From the human T2T-CHM13v2.0 reference genome, Homo sapiens: a stretch of DNA of 64,000 bases. Below, one piece after another: positions 1 to 20,059 of the stretch. Position 1 is the first letter of the stretch. Every line of letters starts with the position of its first letter. The notes below the pieces were generated by a model, which was not told the DNA's origin, made no database searches, and saw nothing but the letters and a program-made list of their open reading frames with translations. Both the position numbers and the translations under genes were made by a program. The stretch is from NCBI GenBank assembly GCA_009914755.4, contig CP086569.2, positions 10,272,001 through 10,336,000 of the forward strand. Reading direction: 5' to 3'.

Positions 1-1662
1 TGTCTTATTGAATCTGAAATTCTAGGAATTGTGTGTTTATTACAGCTTTAAACTTTTGTGTCATTCTATTGCCTACTGAAATTGTTTATATTACCATCAA
101 AATCATTGCATTCTGGATACTTTGGAGCCTTTTTGTTTTATAATATCATCCCAATCTGTTTTTAGTTCCCATTACTCTTTATGCTATCACCCATATGCTT
201 TTTTGGACTTCTTGAGAGTTATTCTTCCCAGCGTACATCTCACAAATAGGAATTTATGCTCCAAAAACAGCTTAGATTTTACATTTTCTTCTTTATTGCA
301 TATTTTGGGTATTTTGGCCTCACTGAACAGAGTACTAATCTGTTGATTGTTAAATTGTCTTTAGTGCATATTTAAATTTTCCTAGTTGCCTTTGTTTCTG
401 TTACATCTGGCACACTTCCTGGTACATAGCAGAAGTACATTTTTATTCAGGTTATACTTTCATATTTTAAGTTTTGGTAGACACTGACAGTTGCTTTTGG
501 CTCATGGTTTTGTAGGTATGGAAATAATTTTGACTTATGTATAGTAATCTATGATAATTTCTTTTTCCCTGTAGTTTTCAAGCACAAGAACAGGTGATTT
601 CTGTAGATGTTATTTCTAAATTACTTCATCCAACATATCTTACTGTGTAAGAATAAATATAAATGTAATATGCACACAAAAGTTAAGGAGGGAAATAAAG
701 GAGGTACTTAGAGGTTTCAGGCGGAATGGACAGCTTCAGAAAGTTTGACTGACTTCTGAAAAGTGGGAAGGAAGCAGTCAGGCATAAATCTGAGGAACAT
801 ATTTTGGGCCTAGAAATAACAAAAGAAGTCCCAAGGTTGGAAAGACAGACTATGTGACTGCAAGAGGTCTTGGAATGGATTTAAGTTCTTCCCCAAAATA
901 ACAAAGCAATGTAATTTTTAAATACATTATTTGCTGACATTTTTTCTAAAACCACGTTTGCCTATAGAAAAGATTAAACTGAAGAAAGTTATTATGAAAT
1001 TAATTAGCACACTTAAGCATTTCTGAGAAATAACATGAAGTACTATATTAAGAGTCACTTATTAGTGACACTTCTAAGGCAAGATAAGAAATGAGTAAGG
1101 CAAAAAACCTGAATGAGACCAAAGAAGGATCACGTTTACAGAAACAGAACTAGAGTAAATATAGAATTGTAAATCATATTGAGACATTTTATGTAAGTGT
1201 TAGGAGAACAAACAAGAAACAGTTCGTAACCAATAATGTGGTTAATCACTTTGAATAAATAATATTTTTTAAGATGACACATTCATTCATATACCCTTGG
1301 GACACTGAAACAATTAAATGATATGAATACAAAGATTATAGATTGTAAAAAAGAAATGTGCTACATTATCCAATAGAATGTGTGATGGGTTAATTTTTTT
1401 TGAGGTGTTATTTTTCAATACTAGAAAACTTTTCAAGGAATTTGAATAACAGAATTCGTGTTTGGTCCCTTCATGTAGGGCATGTGCTCAGTAAATGTCT
1501 CAAATCTGGCATTGTGAAAGAGATGGTCGTTTCAGGAAAAAAAAATATATTTGCTTTGGGAGAAAACATCTAGAACTGAAATATAGTGGATGCAAAAATG
1601 TTTGTAAAATGTGTTTAGGTTAAATGTGACAACTTTATTGATAGGATACTTAATACTTTTAG

Positions 1663-1790
1663 TTTTTGGATGGAAAAGCAATGAAAGTAGAACAAGTTAA
1701 CAAACCGTCTTTTCAAAGTGGTGGTAATGTGGAGATCACCATCTTCTTGGAGAAACAGGAGCCCTTCAGGAAGTCTGAGACAGGAAAAAA
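1663..1790 (+). pseudogene. RBMY-like exon (end of RRM plus basic linker) containing a frameshift.
   Basis: Acceptor ttttag at 1657-1662 and donor gtaagt at 1791. Frame 1 reads LDGKAMKVEQVNKPSFQSGG, then shifts to give RSPSSWRNRSPSGSLR. Confidence 0.65.
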
Positions 1791-2686
1791 GTAAGTGAGT
1801 ATTTTATGGTTGATCTTGCAATATTTGTTGTTTGTGTATACACATGGAAATATCTATACAAATATATTTCTTTGCCATTTTGATATGCATAATTTGAACA
1901 TTAGCCTGCCATAAAGCGTTTTGCATTTGAGAAATCTGTAACTTCAGTTATTGAAAAGAGTCTGTGACTCAGGAAAAGTCTAAAAACCACTGCTTCACAT
2001 ATATGTTAGTATCTTTCTTTGCTGGAGGATGAGTCACTGAAAATGGTATTTATTAATGATTTACTCAATAGGAATGAGGGGTCAATTTTTACTTAAAAAA
2101 GTCCATGCATTAAAAAAAATTCATTCAATTATCTATTAACCAACCTTCAAAAATCTAACATTTGAGTTTTAATAACCAGATGTGTAATTCATTGGATATA
2201 TTTTCTCAAGTTGAAATTGCAATGTTTGCTCCATTTTGAGGTACATAGCTTCATTTTATTTTTTTTCTCAATTGATCTTGAGGGTGAAGATTAATACTAC
2301 TCTTCCATGTATGAGAATATGCATTTTCTTACCTGTGACACCACCAGGGTGGTGTCATATTTTTTGTAGATATATGAAAATATTTTATTACTTAATATAC
2401 AATTCTTAAAGATTATTAAAATTGAGCATAGCCTGAGCTAAAAATTAATATTTCATAATGGATTTTTAAGAATTGTATATTATGATACAAATTTTACAGA
2501 TAATGTATTTTTCTGAGGTGTCATTTTTTGATTTTGTAAATAACTGAGTTTCTTTGAACGGGATTTGGTGTAAGCTTATGATATGTTTTGAAAAAGCTTT
2601 ACTCATACCAGAATTATATGAACAGTAATTTATCATTTCTCTCCTAATATATTTTTTCTTTATGTAGATTGTATTTATGTATTTAA

Positions 2687-3037
<351 letters not shown>

Positions 3038-3204
3038 CAAACATTAGTTTTAATCCTGTGTTTGCTAGAGAATTCCTTTTAATTTTTCTTGAAGTTCCTG
3101 GCAGTATTCTTTGATGGTAGGCTTCTTAATCTAATGAATTATTCCATTTCCTAGGTCCCATGGTAGTGGTCCCTCAGTGTGCCAATCTAAAAATTGTTTG
3201 TTCA

Positions 3205-3503
3205 GTTTCTTTGTTGGGTTGGAGTCTTGCTCTCACCAGGCCAGAGTGCATTGATGAGATGATAGCTCACTACGGCCTTAAATTCCTGGGCTCAAGTAAT
3301 TGTCCTGTTTTAGCCTCCTGCATTGCTGTGACTACAGGCATGCACCATCACACATAGATCAATTTATTTTTCTTTTTTCTGTATCTTTGTAGACACAGGA
3401 TCTCATTACATTGTCATAGCGGACATTAAAGCCTTGGGCTCAAGCAGTCCAGCTGCCTCAGCCTTCCACACTGGCTCACAGTGTGAGTCACTGCGCCTGG
3501 CCA
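3205..3503 (-). mobile_element. Older diverged Alu (AluJ-like).
   Basis: Right-arm and left-arm Alu homology in reverse complement, ending ...cactgcgcctggcc. Confidence 0.8.
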
Positions 3504-4316
3504 TCCAGGTTCTGAGACCTCAATAATACTTAGGTGCAAGGCATTCTTACTGGTTATGTGAGGATACTAAGAACTAAAAGAGCATTTTGCAGATAAGCAA
3601 TCACTGGGCTTAAATAATAATTAATAATAAAATTAAGGCTTGATAGGTAGACTTGAAGGAGTCCAGCATTTTTAAGTTAAGAGCTTACCACAAATGTGCA
3701 GAGTTGTGAAATATATGGGGGGTTTAAATTAAGATATGGTGTAAATTAATATATGGAGGGTGTAAATATATGGGGGGCGCACAAATATTAAGATTGTACA
3801 GGGATGTTGAAACCTTAACACAAGATCCTTAGTGTAGGATTTGAAATTATTTGAGGAGAGAATTTAATTCTAAGCTGCATGAGGTGAACAGTAGAATTGA
3901 AGTAATATTTTTGAGAAGAAGTGTGAGATTTCAGACTAAACAGAAGAAAACAAGACCATAAAGTAGTAGATCTTAGCAAAGACATTTAAGCAGAACAAAT
4001 TAAAATCCTTACCTAGCCCTCCATCATAACATGGAGGAAATTGAAAACTGTTATTTTCAATTTTGGCATGCAGTAGTTCAAAGGTAGCAATATTGGTTTG
4101 TGAGATGAATTAAGCAACATGGGAAGACTTACCTTCTTCAGCTGAGAAAGGACAACATATGTAAACTTTATATTCAGTGAAGTGTTTGATGGTTTTACAT
4201 GTTTTCTGTGTGTCATTAGTAGTCATCAGTAATTCATATGAAAAGAAAAATAATAACTAACTGGTTATTAACAATTAAAAGTGAACTTTTACCTAAGAAT
4301 TAATGTCTGTCTTCAG

Positions 4317-4470
4317 CTTTGTTAGAAGATCTGGCCTTGTGGACCCATGGGATTATCCACAGCCAGAAGAAATATTTAAGTTGTCACGAATGTCTAGTAA
4401 TTTAGCGAAAGAAGAATGGAGTCAAACAATAAATAACTTTAAAAAGTTGTTTCAGAGAAGAAAAAATTAT
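4317..4470 (+). pseudogene. Putative RBMY-like exon (RSGG ... QRRENY region). Boundaries uncertain.
   Basis: Translation FVRRSGLVDP...SRMSSNLAKEEWSQ...QRRKNY against RBMY SSRSGGPPP...[21 protein letters not shown]. The match is weak and the splice sites are not clean. Confidence 0.35.
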
Positions 4471-5520
4471 GTTTCAGATTTTGTGTTCTTTACATAATAT
4501 TTAATCATTTTAACATTAAATGTCCCATGTCACATGGATGAGGGAATTATGGAGGTCCTCTATGCAGAGAGCCAGTCTCTTACCAGAGAAATGACCATGT
4601 ATCACCAAGAGATGAGAGTTATGCAACTAAGGATACGCAAAGGAAAAATGAAAAAATAGTTGACTTTTGTTGTGGTGATGAAATTCACATAATAAAATTA
4701 AACATTTTAAGATAAATAGTTAATTGGCGTTTAATATATTGTTTTGTGCAACAACTACCTCCATCTAGTTCCAAAACATTTTCATCACTCCAAACTACAA
4801 CTCCACTAGCAGTTAAGCAGTTCCTTTCATTTTCTCCCTTCTGTCAGCCACTAGCAAACACCAATCTGTCTTCTGCCTCTCAGCTTACCTGTTCTGGGCA
4901 TTTCATGTTAATGGGCCCAGACATTACATGACTTTTCATAAGTGTCACCTTTCATTTGCGTGATGCAATGAAGTTTCATTTACGTTGTAGCACTTCTCTC
5001 CTTACATAAGCTGCCAACCCATTATTTTGTTTGGGTTGTTTCTACCACAGTATTTCTATATATACATATTTGTTTGGGTACACTTATTCAATTCTCAGTA
5101 TATATGAGTGGAATTGCTTGTCCTATGATAACTGTGTTGATTTTTTTTGAGGAACAACTGCATTTCTCCATAGTAGCTGCATCATTTTCCATTCCAGCTA
5201 GTATTGTACCATAGTTCCAAATTATCTACAACTGCTCAAACACTTGATATTTCCTGCTTTTTAAAATTTATTTCCATTCCAGTATGTGTGAAGTATGGTA
5301 TGTCATTTTGGTTTTGAAATGCATTTTCTGAATAACTAATTATGTTTCTTTGTTCCATGTGCTTTTTGAGCATTTGCATATTTTATTTGGGGAAATAACT
5401 ATTCAGGTGTTTGGCCCTTTATTTTGTTTAAGTTGTAAGTTACGTTTTGGATATTAGAAGTTGATAATTTAAAATTTGTTCCTTTAACTTATGTAAGCAG
5501 AATTCATACAAATTCCTGAG

Positions 5521-5629
5521 ACACCAGAGATTATGCTCCATCATCTAGAGATTATGGATACCGTGATTATGGTCGTTCTAGTCAGGATGAGCATTCCTCT
5601 AGAGGATATAGATACCATAATATTTTCTG
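5521..5629 (+). pseudogene. RBMY-like SRGY-box exon (single copy).
   Basis: [34 protein letters not shown] against the RBMY SRGY repeat [32 protein letters not shown]. Only one box is present where RBMY1 has four tandem boxes. Confidence 0.6.
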
Positions 5630-5691
5630 GTTTTGTCAAATAGATTTTTTAAGTTGTTCCTGCTGACATTAGCAAACTTTTTTAAATTTAG

Positions 5692-5780
5692 TGACCATGA
5701 TGACTATAGTGGGGGCCTTGGTAGAGATCATTCTGAACATCCAAATGGGAGTTCTTACAGAGATGCATATCAGAGTTATG
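5692..5780 (+). pseudogene. RBMY-like exon.
   Basis: Acceptor aaatttag ends at 5691 and donor gtaagt at 5781. [30 protein letters not shown] against RBMY1 [29 protein letters not shown]. Confidence 0.7.
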
Positions 5781-6193
5781 GTAAGTGTCCGGGTTTGATT
5801 TGTAAATTACAGTATTATATTTAGTAGACTAGATCATTGTTTTAATAATCGTTTAAGGAAAATCATAAAGGAAAAATACAACATGTTTAAACACTGAGAA
5901 TTGTTAACAGTATAATGCATAGTGAACATGTAGGTGAGAACTTCAGTTCATTTTCAGAAAATGTGACAATGTTTAAGTTTAAAATAAACTTTCTTATGCT
6001 TTGAAATACTATTCTTATACTTCTTTTAAATAAAACCTTTTGACTATTTCAGGCATAATTAATATGGTGTCAACAAAGACAGAAGAAAGCAGAGTTTTCA
6101 AAATAGTGCTTTAACTGAGACATGCATTAGAAATACTATTAAAAATGTTTAAATGTAGTTCATTATAAGTTCTATATTTTACCAACTTTGCAG

Positions 6194-6482
6194 GGACCTT
6201 CTATGGTGCACCACCTGCATGATGGCCTTGGATGAGTTACGGTGGAAGTAGTCGCTATGATTATAACAGCACATGAGATAGATATGTAGGAGCTGGGAGA
6301 GTTACTCATGGAGCTGTGGTGATTTATATTCCTGTGGTCATGAGCACTGTGGCAGAAAAGAATGAAGGAATCTACCTTCTCTGGATAGGGTACACCCTGC
6401 TCCTCATGAAGGATATGGTAGCTCAAGTTATGGGGCATCTACAGGAAGCGGTGGGGGAAGCCAATATGAAAAAGGAGACTGA
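6194..6482 (+). pseudogene. RBMY-like terminal coding exon with premature stops and frameshifts.
   Basis: Acceptor ...ctttgcag ends at 6193. TFYGAPPA*WPWMSYGGSS..YNST*DRY then, after a frame change, YSCGHEHCGRKE*RNLPSLDRVHPAPHEGYGSSSYGASTGSGGGSQYEKGD* against the RBMY1 C-terminus. An Alu fragment lies in what would be the 3' UTR. Confidence 0.65.
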
Positions 6483-6515
6483 AGCGATATTAAAGGAGAT
6501 ATTAAAAATAAGAGT

Positions 6516-6665
6516 TACCTTGGTACTCAGGAGGCTGAGGCAGGAGAATTGCTTGAACCCAGGAGGCAGAGATTGCAGTGAGCCAAGATCTCATCACTGC
6601 ACTCCAGCCCGGGCAACAAAGCAAATGGTCTCTCAAAATAAAAAGAAAAAAAGTAAAGAAAAGAA
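6516..6665 (+). mobile_element. Alu right-arm fragment with A-rich tail.
   Basis: gaggctgaggcaggagaattgcttgaacccaggaggcagagattgcagtgagccaagatc...gcactccagcc followed by an A-rich tail. Confidence 0.85.
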
Positions 6666-7535
6666 AAATAATAGTTATTGCATACAATCTTTGCTCGCAA
6701 ATCAAAATTTAAAATGTCATTTCTGCATCATTATGTGAGTACCACTAAAACGAAATGTTGATTTTGGGGGGAGAGGTAGAGCTTAATTTCCTTCATGAAT
6801 TTTTTGAGGTATGAAGATGAAGAGGAACTTTTTTCAGAGTAATTTCATAATTGTTAATGCTTTTTGAAAACTATCTGTTTAGATGATATGGCTATATTAC
6901 AATATTCAGAATAAAATTACACATGTAATGCGTAATGCCTGATTTTATTGCTACACATGCTTAAAAGCAAATAAAATAGGAGATTAAACTGTGGTGTTTG
7001 TTGAATATTTTCTTTTGTAGCTTTGAATGTAAATAGATACAAAAGTAGGCATAGGTTAGGTCTCCCTTGCAAGCTGCACACATTCTCTAATTAGGCTGTG
7101 TTTCTCTTTAAAAACTTAACAAGTTTTAAAAGTTTGAGAATTCTTCAGAAAGACTACAAAACTGTCTGCCTTATCATTAACTGTTTATCATTCAGAGGAA
7201 TCATGTAAGTCAAAGGAAATAATTAGATATGGTTGATATTAAAGTTTAAGACATTCAGAACATTCTTCTTGACGCATTCTGTGACCGAAGGGGGATAATG
7301 GTGATGAAACATTTTTTTCAACCTAAATAAAAACTGAACCAGCTACATTTCCTAAGTACATATAGCTTAATGAAATTAAGTATTCCTAGTTTTAAATAGT
7401 GGAAAATAAGTGTTTTACGTGGGAGGTACTCAAGTCAATTATTTCCTATAATATTTGACAATGGTTGTTGTAAGTAATGGTTTAGCAATAAGTTCTTGAA
7501 AACAGAAACTATCTAGAAGGCTTGGGATTGTATCA

Positions 7536-7824
7536 GTTTTTTTTTTTTTTTTTCAGGACGGAGTCTAATTTTGTCACCCAAGCTGGGGTGCAGTGTCTGG
7601 ATCGTGGCTCACTGTGACTGCAACCTTCCGGGTTCAAGCTATTCTCCTGCCTCAGCGTCGTGAGTAAGTGGGTTTACAGCTGTGTGCCACCACAGCTGGC
7701 TATTTTTTTTGTATTTTTAGTACAAACAGCATTTCACTATGTTGGTCAGACTGGTCTTAAAATCCTCATTCACCCTCCTCAGCCTCCCAAAGAGCTAGGA
7801 TTACAGGCATGAGCCACTAGGCTC
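7536..7824 (-). mobile_element. Alu SINE.
   Basis: poly-T followed by reverse-complement Alu ending ...ggattacaggcatgagccac. Confidence 0.9.
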
Positions 7825-8354
7825 AGACTATCAAACTTAAGTGAAGATATGAATAGGAATGCTTTAAACCTTATGTTTTTTGGAAAGTGAAGTGTATAAA
7901 ACATGAAACAACATCATAAAGTTTCAGATAGGTGATTGCTTAGCGGTTTAAAATTTCATCTAATGATAAAACTGAAGATTTGGACCCAAATGAGTAAACC
8001 AATTAATTTTCCTGACCATACAAGCTAAAGAATTGAAGTATATGAAGATCCAGAACTTTACTGTCCATAATTCTTAAAATTAACAGAGTAATCTGTAAGA
8101 AGGACATATTTTTATGAGAAAATTTTGACAAGATCGTAATTTTTTATAGGGTAAGGTGACAAATAATTTTAAAGGGAGAAGTTACCAACTTTGATTTTTG
8201 AAGTGAGTTATTTATGTTATGAAATATAGGTTTTCATTCACCTATAATGTAGGATTGTGAGGATTAAGTGAAATGATACAACTCCCTGGTCTTGTGCATC
8301 TTCACTGTAGCAACAGAAGAAACAGTGTCTGTCCAGGTGTGATGTCTCAGGACT

Positions 8355-8633
8355 TTAATCCCAGCATTTTGGGTGGCTGAGGTGGGCATATCGCTTCAAC
8401 TCAGGAGTCTGCGGCCAGCCTGGGCAACATGAAGAAATCTTGCCTGTATAAAATAGATAAAGTATTGCTGGATGTGGTAGTGCGTCAGTGTAGTCCCAGA
8501 TCCTTGGGGGATGAGGCATGAGGATCGCTTGAGCCCATGAGGTCCAGGCAGCAGTGAGCCTGTTTGCTCCACTGCATTTCAGCCTGCGTGACAAACTGAG
8601 ACTCTGTCAAAAAAAAAAAAAAAAAAAAAAAAG
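8355..8633 (+). mobile_element. Alu SINE, slightly 5'-truncated, with a 23-nt poly-A.
   Basis: cccagcattttgggtggctgaggtgggc...gcctgggcaacatg...poly-A at 8610-8632. Confidence 0.9.
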
Positions 8634-8649
8634 TAAGGACAAGGTGTCT

Positions 8650-14840
<6,191 letters not shown>

Positions 14841-15195
14841 AGGCCCTAGGCTTTTTTAACTCTAATTATCTCCATGAGGCATTCTGTCATAATGATTAAA
14901 AGGTATGGAAAACAGAAGAGTAACCAGTAAGATACAATTTGTCAACCTTGGAATAGGGATTCTGTTTCAGCAAGATGGAATAAATGCTAAAAACTCTTTA
15001 TATAACAAGAGCAAAAGCCTTATTGCATCATTTTTCAAAGGAATATAATGCTTTTGAATGAGTAATAGATTAACTTTTTATCATTTTTGTCCACAGGCAT
15101 TACTATGAGAAGATACCTGGACTTGGTGGTATATAACAAACATTTCTTGTAATCCCAGAGGCTGAGAAGCCCAAGGTAAAGGCATCAGCTAATAA

Positions 15196-15515
<320 letters not shown>

Positions 15516-16134
15516 CTTCCTGGATTTTAAACACGCCTCCTTCTGAGGCTACACCTTATAGAAGTGAGTTGGGAACTCTATAGTCTTTTAGGAGGGTGCT
15601 AATAACATTTACGAAGGTGCTGCCTTCCTGACCTGATTACTTCCCATCAAAGTCCCTTTTCCACCTCCAGAGGGCAGCCAATTGACACTACCACATGTTG
15701 ATCATAAAGTATTTTTTAGATGGTAGAGTGAGGATGGCAGTGATGATTTAATGAATTCTTTGGTTTCCAGTTTTTAATGACTTCAGTGTTGGCATCAGGT
15801 ATTAAAGGCATGAAGATGATTTTTTAAATTGTTCATATGTAGTCATCCACTTTCAGCTTACAAGGTTTGGGGACAATTGGGCAGTTTTGGTTTTCAGTGA
15901 TGCTAAATCATGAAAGTGGGACCCAGGGGTGAAATTTTAGTTTAGAGAAGGGTAGCTGTATAATGGATAAAAGGAGAATTGAAATTGTAGACTAATAAAA
16001 TATGTAAGGCAACTCAGATGGGGGTGTGTTTTAATTTTCCATTGAAACAAAATTCTCTCTGAAGTTACTTCTCTTGACTCTCATTCACAAAATAAGTCTG
16101 GTCTGACTAAATTTGTCCTCATTTTTTACCTAAC

Positions 16135-16400
16135 TGCGGTAAGAATTGTCACTGATCACAAAGACATATATATATACATATATATATATGTGTGTATATA
16201 TATAAATTATATATGTATATATAATTTATATATATACACACACATATAAATTATATAAATTTTTAAAGATATAAATTTATATTTATTTTTATTTTATAAA
16301 TTTGTATTTATTTATTTATATTTAAATTTATATAAATTATAAATATACATTTTATATTATATCATATATAATATAAAATAAATTATTTATATAATTTATT
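16135..16400. repeat. (TA)n / AT-rich low-complexity simple repeat.
   Basis: Runs of tatata, atatgtatat and ttatttat. Confidence 0.85.
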
Positions 16401-16402
16401 TT

Positions 16403-16676
16403 TAAAATCAGAGACAATATGCAGCTCCATGCCATCTCAAACTCATGGGCGCAAGTGATCCTCCCACCTCAGACGCCTGAGTAGCTGAGACCGTAGGTGC
16501 AAACCATCATGCTTGGCTAATTTTGTATGTTGTTTGTTTTTCTGTTTGCTTGATTTTAGAGATGGGGTTTTACCATGTTGCCTAGGCTAGTCTTGAACTT
16601 CTGAGCTCAAGTGATTCTCCCACCTCTGTCTCTGAATATGCTGGTATTACAGGTGTGAGCCACCATGCCTGGCCAC
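16403..16676 (-). mobile_element. Alu SINE (older subfamily).
   Basis: Reverse-complement Alu ending ...attacaggtgtgagccaccatgcctggcc. Confidence 0.85.
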
Positions 16677-17227
16677 AGACGCCTTGGCAGTATACGTGGT
16701 GAGAACTTTATATAATTAGTTTCAGATTATAATTTTTAATGCCTTGCGACTAGGACCTAAGCCAGGAACTTGCCACCAGGCTTCCCTTTCAGAACCTATA
16801 CACTTGGTGGAATATCTTTCCTTTCAAAGTCTCCAAATATCATGAGGTTTTCCAGAGCTTGCCCAGAAGTGACCTGTCTTTCTCACCTCTTAGACTAGGA
16901 ACTCTAACCAATTACCAGGTTGGTTTTTCCAAGAGGGCTGTATAAGTATTTTCTCCACAGTCAACTTTACTTCTTAAAGCTGCCTGGTTATCTCTGATTC
17001 TCTGAAAATCATTCTTAAATGTATTTGATATTTCAGACAAAGCTTTGTTATAAAACCAGGTTCTAATTAGGTTATGTTGAAAGGATAATACATTCTTACT
17101 ACTTCATAAATGACTCTATTGCCATACAAATGTTTATAAAATCTTAAATGTCCAGTGAACATAACACAGCTTAACTAGTAAATTAGTAATTCTAAGAAGG
17201 ATACAAACGACAAATGTATTCTCTTTC

Positions 17228-17553
17228 TCTTTTTTTTTTTCAGACTGGATCTCGCCCCCTCACCCATGCTGGACTGCAGTGGCATGATCTTGGCTGACTG
17301 CAGTGGCATGATCTTGGCTCACTGCAACCCCTGCCTCCCAGGTTCAAGCAGTTCTCCTGATTTGGCCTACTGAGTAGCTGGGATTACAGCTGTGTATCAC
17401 CATTCGTGGCTAATTTTTGTATTTGTATTTCTAGTAGAGATGGGGTTTCGTAATTTTGGCCAGACTGGTCTGAAACTCTGGACCCCATATGATCCACCTG
17501 CCTCAGCCTCCCAAAGTGCTGGGATTAAAGGCATGAGCCATCATGCCTGGCCC
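17228..17553 (-). mobile_element. Alu SINE with an internal ~21-bp tandem duplication (ctgcagtggcatgatcttggc x2).
   Basis: poly-T followed by reverse-complement Alu. The segment cagtggcatgatcttggct is duplicated at about 17276-17318. Confidence 0.85.
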
Positions 17554-18639
17554 ACAAATGTCTTTTTATACTTAATAATAACCACAATTTGTAATATGTA
17601 GCTGTCTGTATTAAACAATTTTAAAGTAATCTTAGTTATTAAATATTTGCATGAGTCATGTGAACCTGAATACATATTTCTAGGAAGATTAGGAGTATGT
17701 AATTCACAATAGTGCTCATTTATCTCTAAGCCAGTTTGAATAGCACCTTTTTAAGTGATATTAGAAATTAACTTGGTAATAATATCCAGAGGTAGAAATA
17801 CATCACACACACAGCATATTTGCATAAAACTATAGAGGCAAACATATTTTATAGATGTCCTAAAATTTAGTTATGAATGAGGCAATAGACTAATATAAAA
17901 CTCACTAGTTTATATCCATTTCATATTGTATCTGAATTGTTCTGGCAAATGAGACAAGGTCGCCTATTCAATAGCAGGTCTAATATCTTTTGTCTGTATT
18001 GATGAAGAAGAATTTTATGATATTATTTTGCCCTAATATTTTATCTGTGGAGCCAGAGGACTACATTTTAGGCATAGAATACATCTAGTTGCAGTCTGGA
18101 TGTCTCCAAAGGCTGGGTGGATAAAATACTCAATCTCTTCTAATGAATTAGCCATTTTTTCATTTCAACTTTAGGCCAGTAATTTTTTGAAGGGTGGGGA
18201 AGATACTCAAGTCCCTCAAGAGCCTCTGATTTAGTGGGCCTAAATTTCTGTTGACTATAGAGAGTTGAAAGGCTGAAATAGGAAGGGAAATGTTTGTTTA
18301 GGGGTAGACAGAATAATGGATGATGAGATGTTTGAAGGAGGATATGTCAAAGGATTCAAGGAAGGTAAAGGGAGGATCAAAGGTGGTGAGAGGAGAAACA
18401 AGAAACATGAGTAATAAGAAGGAAGATGTCAAAGAGCACCAGTGTAGGGAGATGTTAAGTTTCTCAAAGGTCATTGAAGTTCCAAATTATCCTTGAAAAA
18501 TGCATTCAAACAACAAGGATATAGAGTTACCAAAGCCCAAAGTCCACAAGGGTTCAAGAAGGTGAGTTTTAGTTGGCTAGGAGACTTCCACTGGACAGGG
18601 AAGAATCCAAATAAGAACAGAGAGGGGTCAAAGAGCTTC

Positions 18640-18735
18640 AATGGAGATGAGAGATAGAGATAGTTAGACAGAAAGATAGATAGAGCTAGAGCTAGAGCTA
18701 GAGATAGAGATAAAGAGAGATAGAGCTAGATAAAG
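18640..18735. repeat. (GATA)/(GAGCTA)-type simple repeat.
   Basis: gatagagatag...gagctagagctagagctagagatagagata... Confidence 0.7.
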
Positions 18736-18749
18736 ATAGAGACAAACTT

Positions 18750-19950
18750 CCTAACCTGCCAGAAAGATGGGAAAATTCACATTAAGGAAAAAAGGTCTCC
18801 AACATAGGGAATCAGGAAATAATCTTCACTCAGGAAAGAGACTAGAAAAAGGGAACCCAGCCAATGGAGTCACGGAAAACCCCACTCAGGGAGTAGCTAG
18901 GAAAAAAGATATTTAGCATAGAGAATCAGGGAAAAAATCTTACTTGAGAATAGACATCCAAGAGGAAAATTCAAGCCAAAAATGTCAGAGAATAAGCCAC
19001 TCTTGGGCAGAAGGGTATACAACACAGAACCTAAAGGGATAATCTCAAACATGAAGAAAAGCTGACAAAAAAAGAGTTGCAGACTTGGAAATCAAGAAAC
19101 AATTTCCAGTCAGATTAGAGAGCAAGGCAAGAGAGACTTACAACCCCAGGGAGTCAGGGAATAATCATAAGAAAAGTGATAACCTGGGAAAAGAAAATGT
19201 CATGCTAGGAGACAGGGAATAATACCCAATAAAGAAAAAGAGCCAGGAAGATGAGATTTCCAACTAACGTATCAGGAAATAATCCTCAGAAAATTGGAAT
19301 AATCTGTAATAAGGGAAAAAAAGTTAAGAAAAACAAAACAAAACAAGAAAATGTCCATCTCCTGGAGTCAGACAGTAATCACTAGTAAGGGAAACATCAG
19401 GAGGAAAATACTTTCTGCACATTAGGAATAAATACCACTTGGGAAAGAGAGAGCCATAAGAAGGACTTCTACCTAAGAAAGTTAGAATAATCCTTATTTT
19501 TTTAAAAAAAGAGAGAAAGACAGCTTTAAAAGAAAAGTCAGAGTATAATCCCAATCAGGAAATTAGAGTCAGAAAGAAGAATTTTGAGCCCAAATGTCAG
19601 AGAAAAATTTCAAATCAGGAAAAAGAGAGAGCCAGGGAATAATCTTCAATCATGAAAAGAAGTAGAAAAACAGTCTTTCATCACAGAGATCATTTAATAT
19701 TTACCTCAGAGAAAAGAACAAAGGGAAAAAAAGAGGTTCAGTCCAAGGATTCAGAGAATAATACCAGTTTAGGACAGGGAGCCAAGAAGTGACTTTGAGC
19801 TCAGAATCACATGAGAATTGTTCTCATTTAGGAGAGCGAGAGACAATCAGGTAGTCAGAAAATTTTACCCATTAACAAAGAGACCAGAAAGAAGAGATAC
19901 CTAGCCAGAGAGTCAGAAAAGAGAACTAATAAGAAGTGACTTACATAATA
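18750..19950. repeat. Degenerate purine-rich tandem array (minisatellite-like) with a ~30-60 bp unit carrying the core CAGGGAATAATC...AGGAAAAAGAGAGCCAG.
   Basis: At least 12 recurrences of (g/t)tcag(g)gaataatc / gaataatc at irregular 55-120 bp spacing, with the recurring motif aaagagagagccagg in between. Confidence 0.55.
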
Positions 19951-20059
19951 AAATAACAACAACAAAAGGACAAAGATGGCTGCTAGAGTCACTCAAGACT
20001 CACCTCCTCCACAAAGAAGGTCCAAATAGCAAATAGATGACTATGCACTGAATTGAACA

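Noticed and set aside
3710-3790. A short three-unit tandem motif (gtaaat..atatggggg).
   Set aside because: It is too short and degenerate to call anything beyond local low-complexity sequence.
6316-6738. A 140-aa plus-strand ORF.
   Set aside because: It is a chimeric read-through of the RBMY-like last exon (out of frame) into an Alu right arm (...[28 protein letters not shown]), not a real CDS.
16135-16400. Regularly spaced short repeats that might be mistaken for a CRISPR-like array.
   Set aside because: It is a simple (TA)n/AT-rich microsatellite in a eukaryotic genome, with no unique spacers and no cas context.
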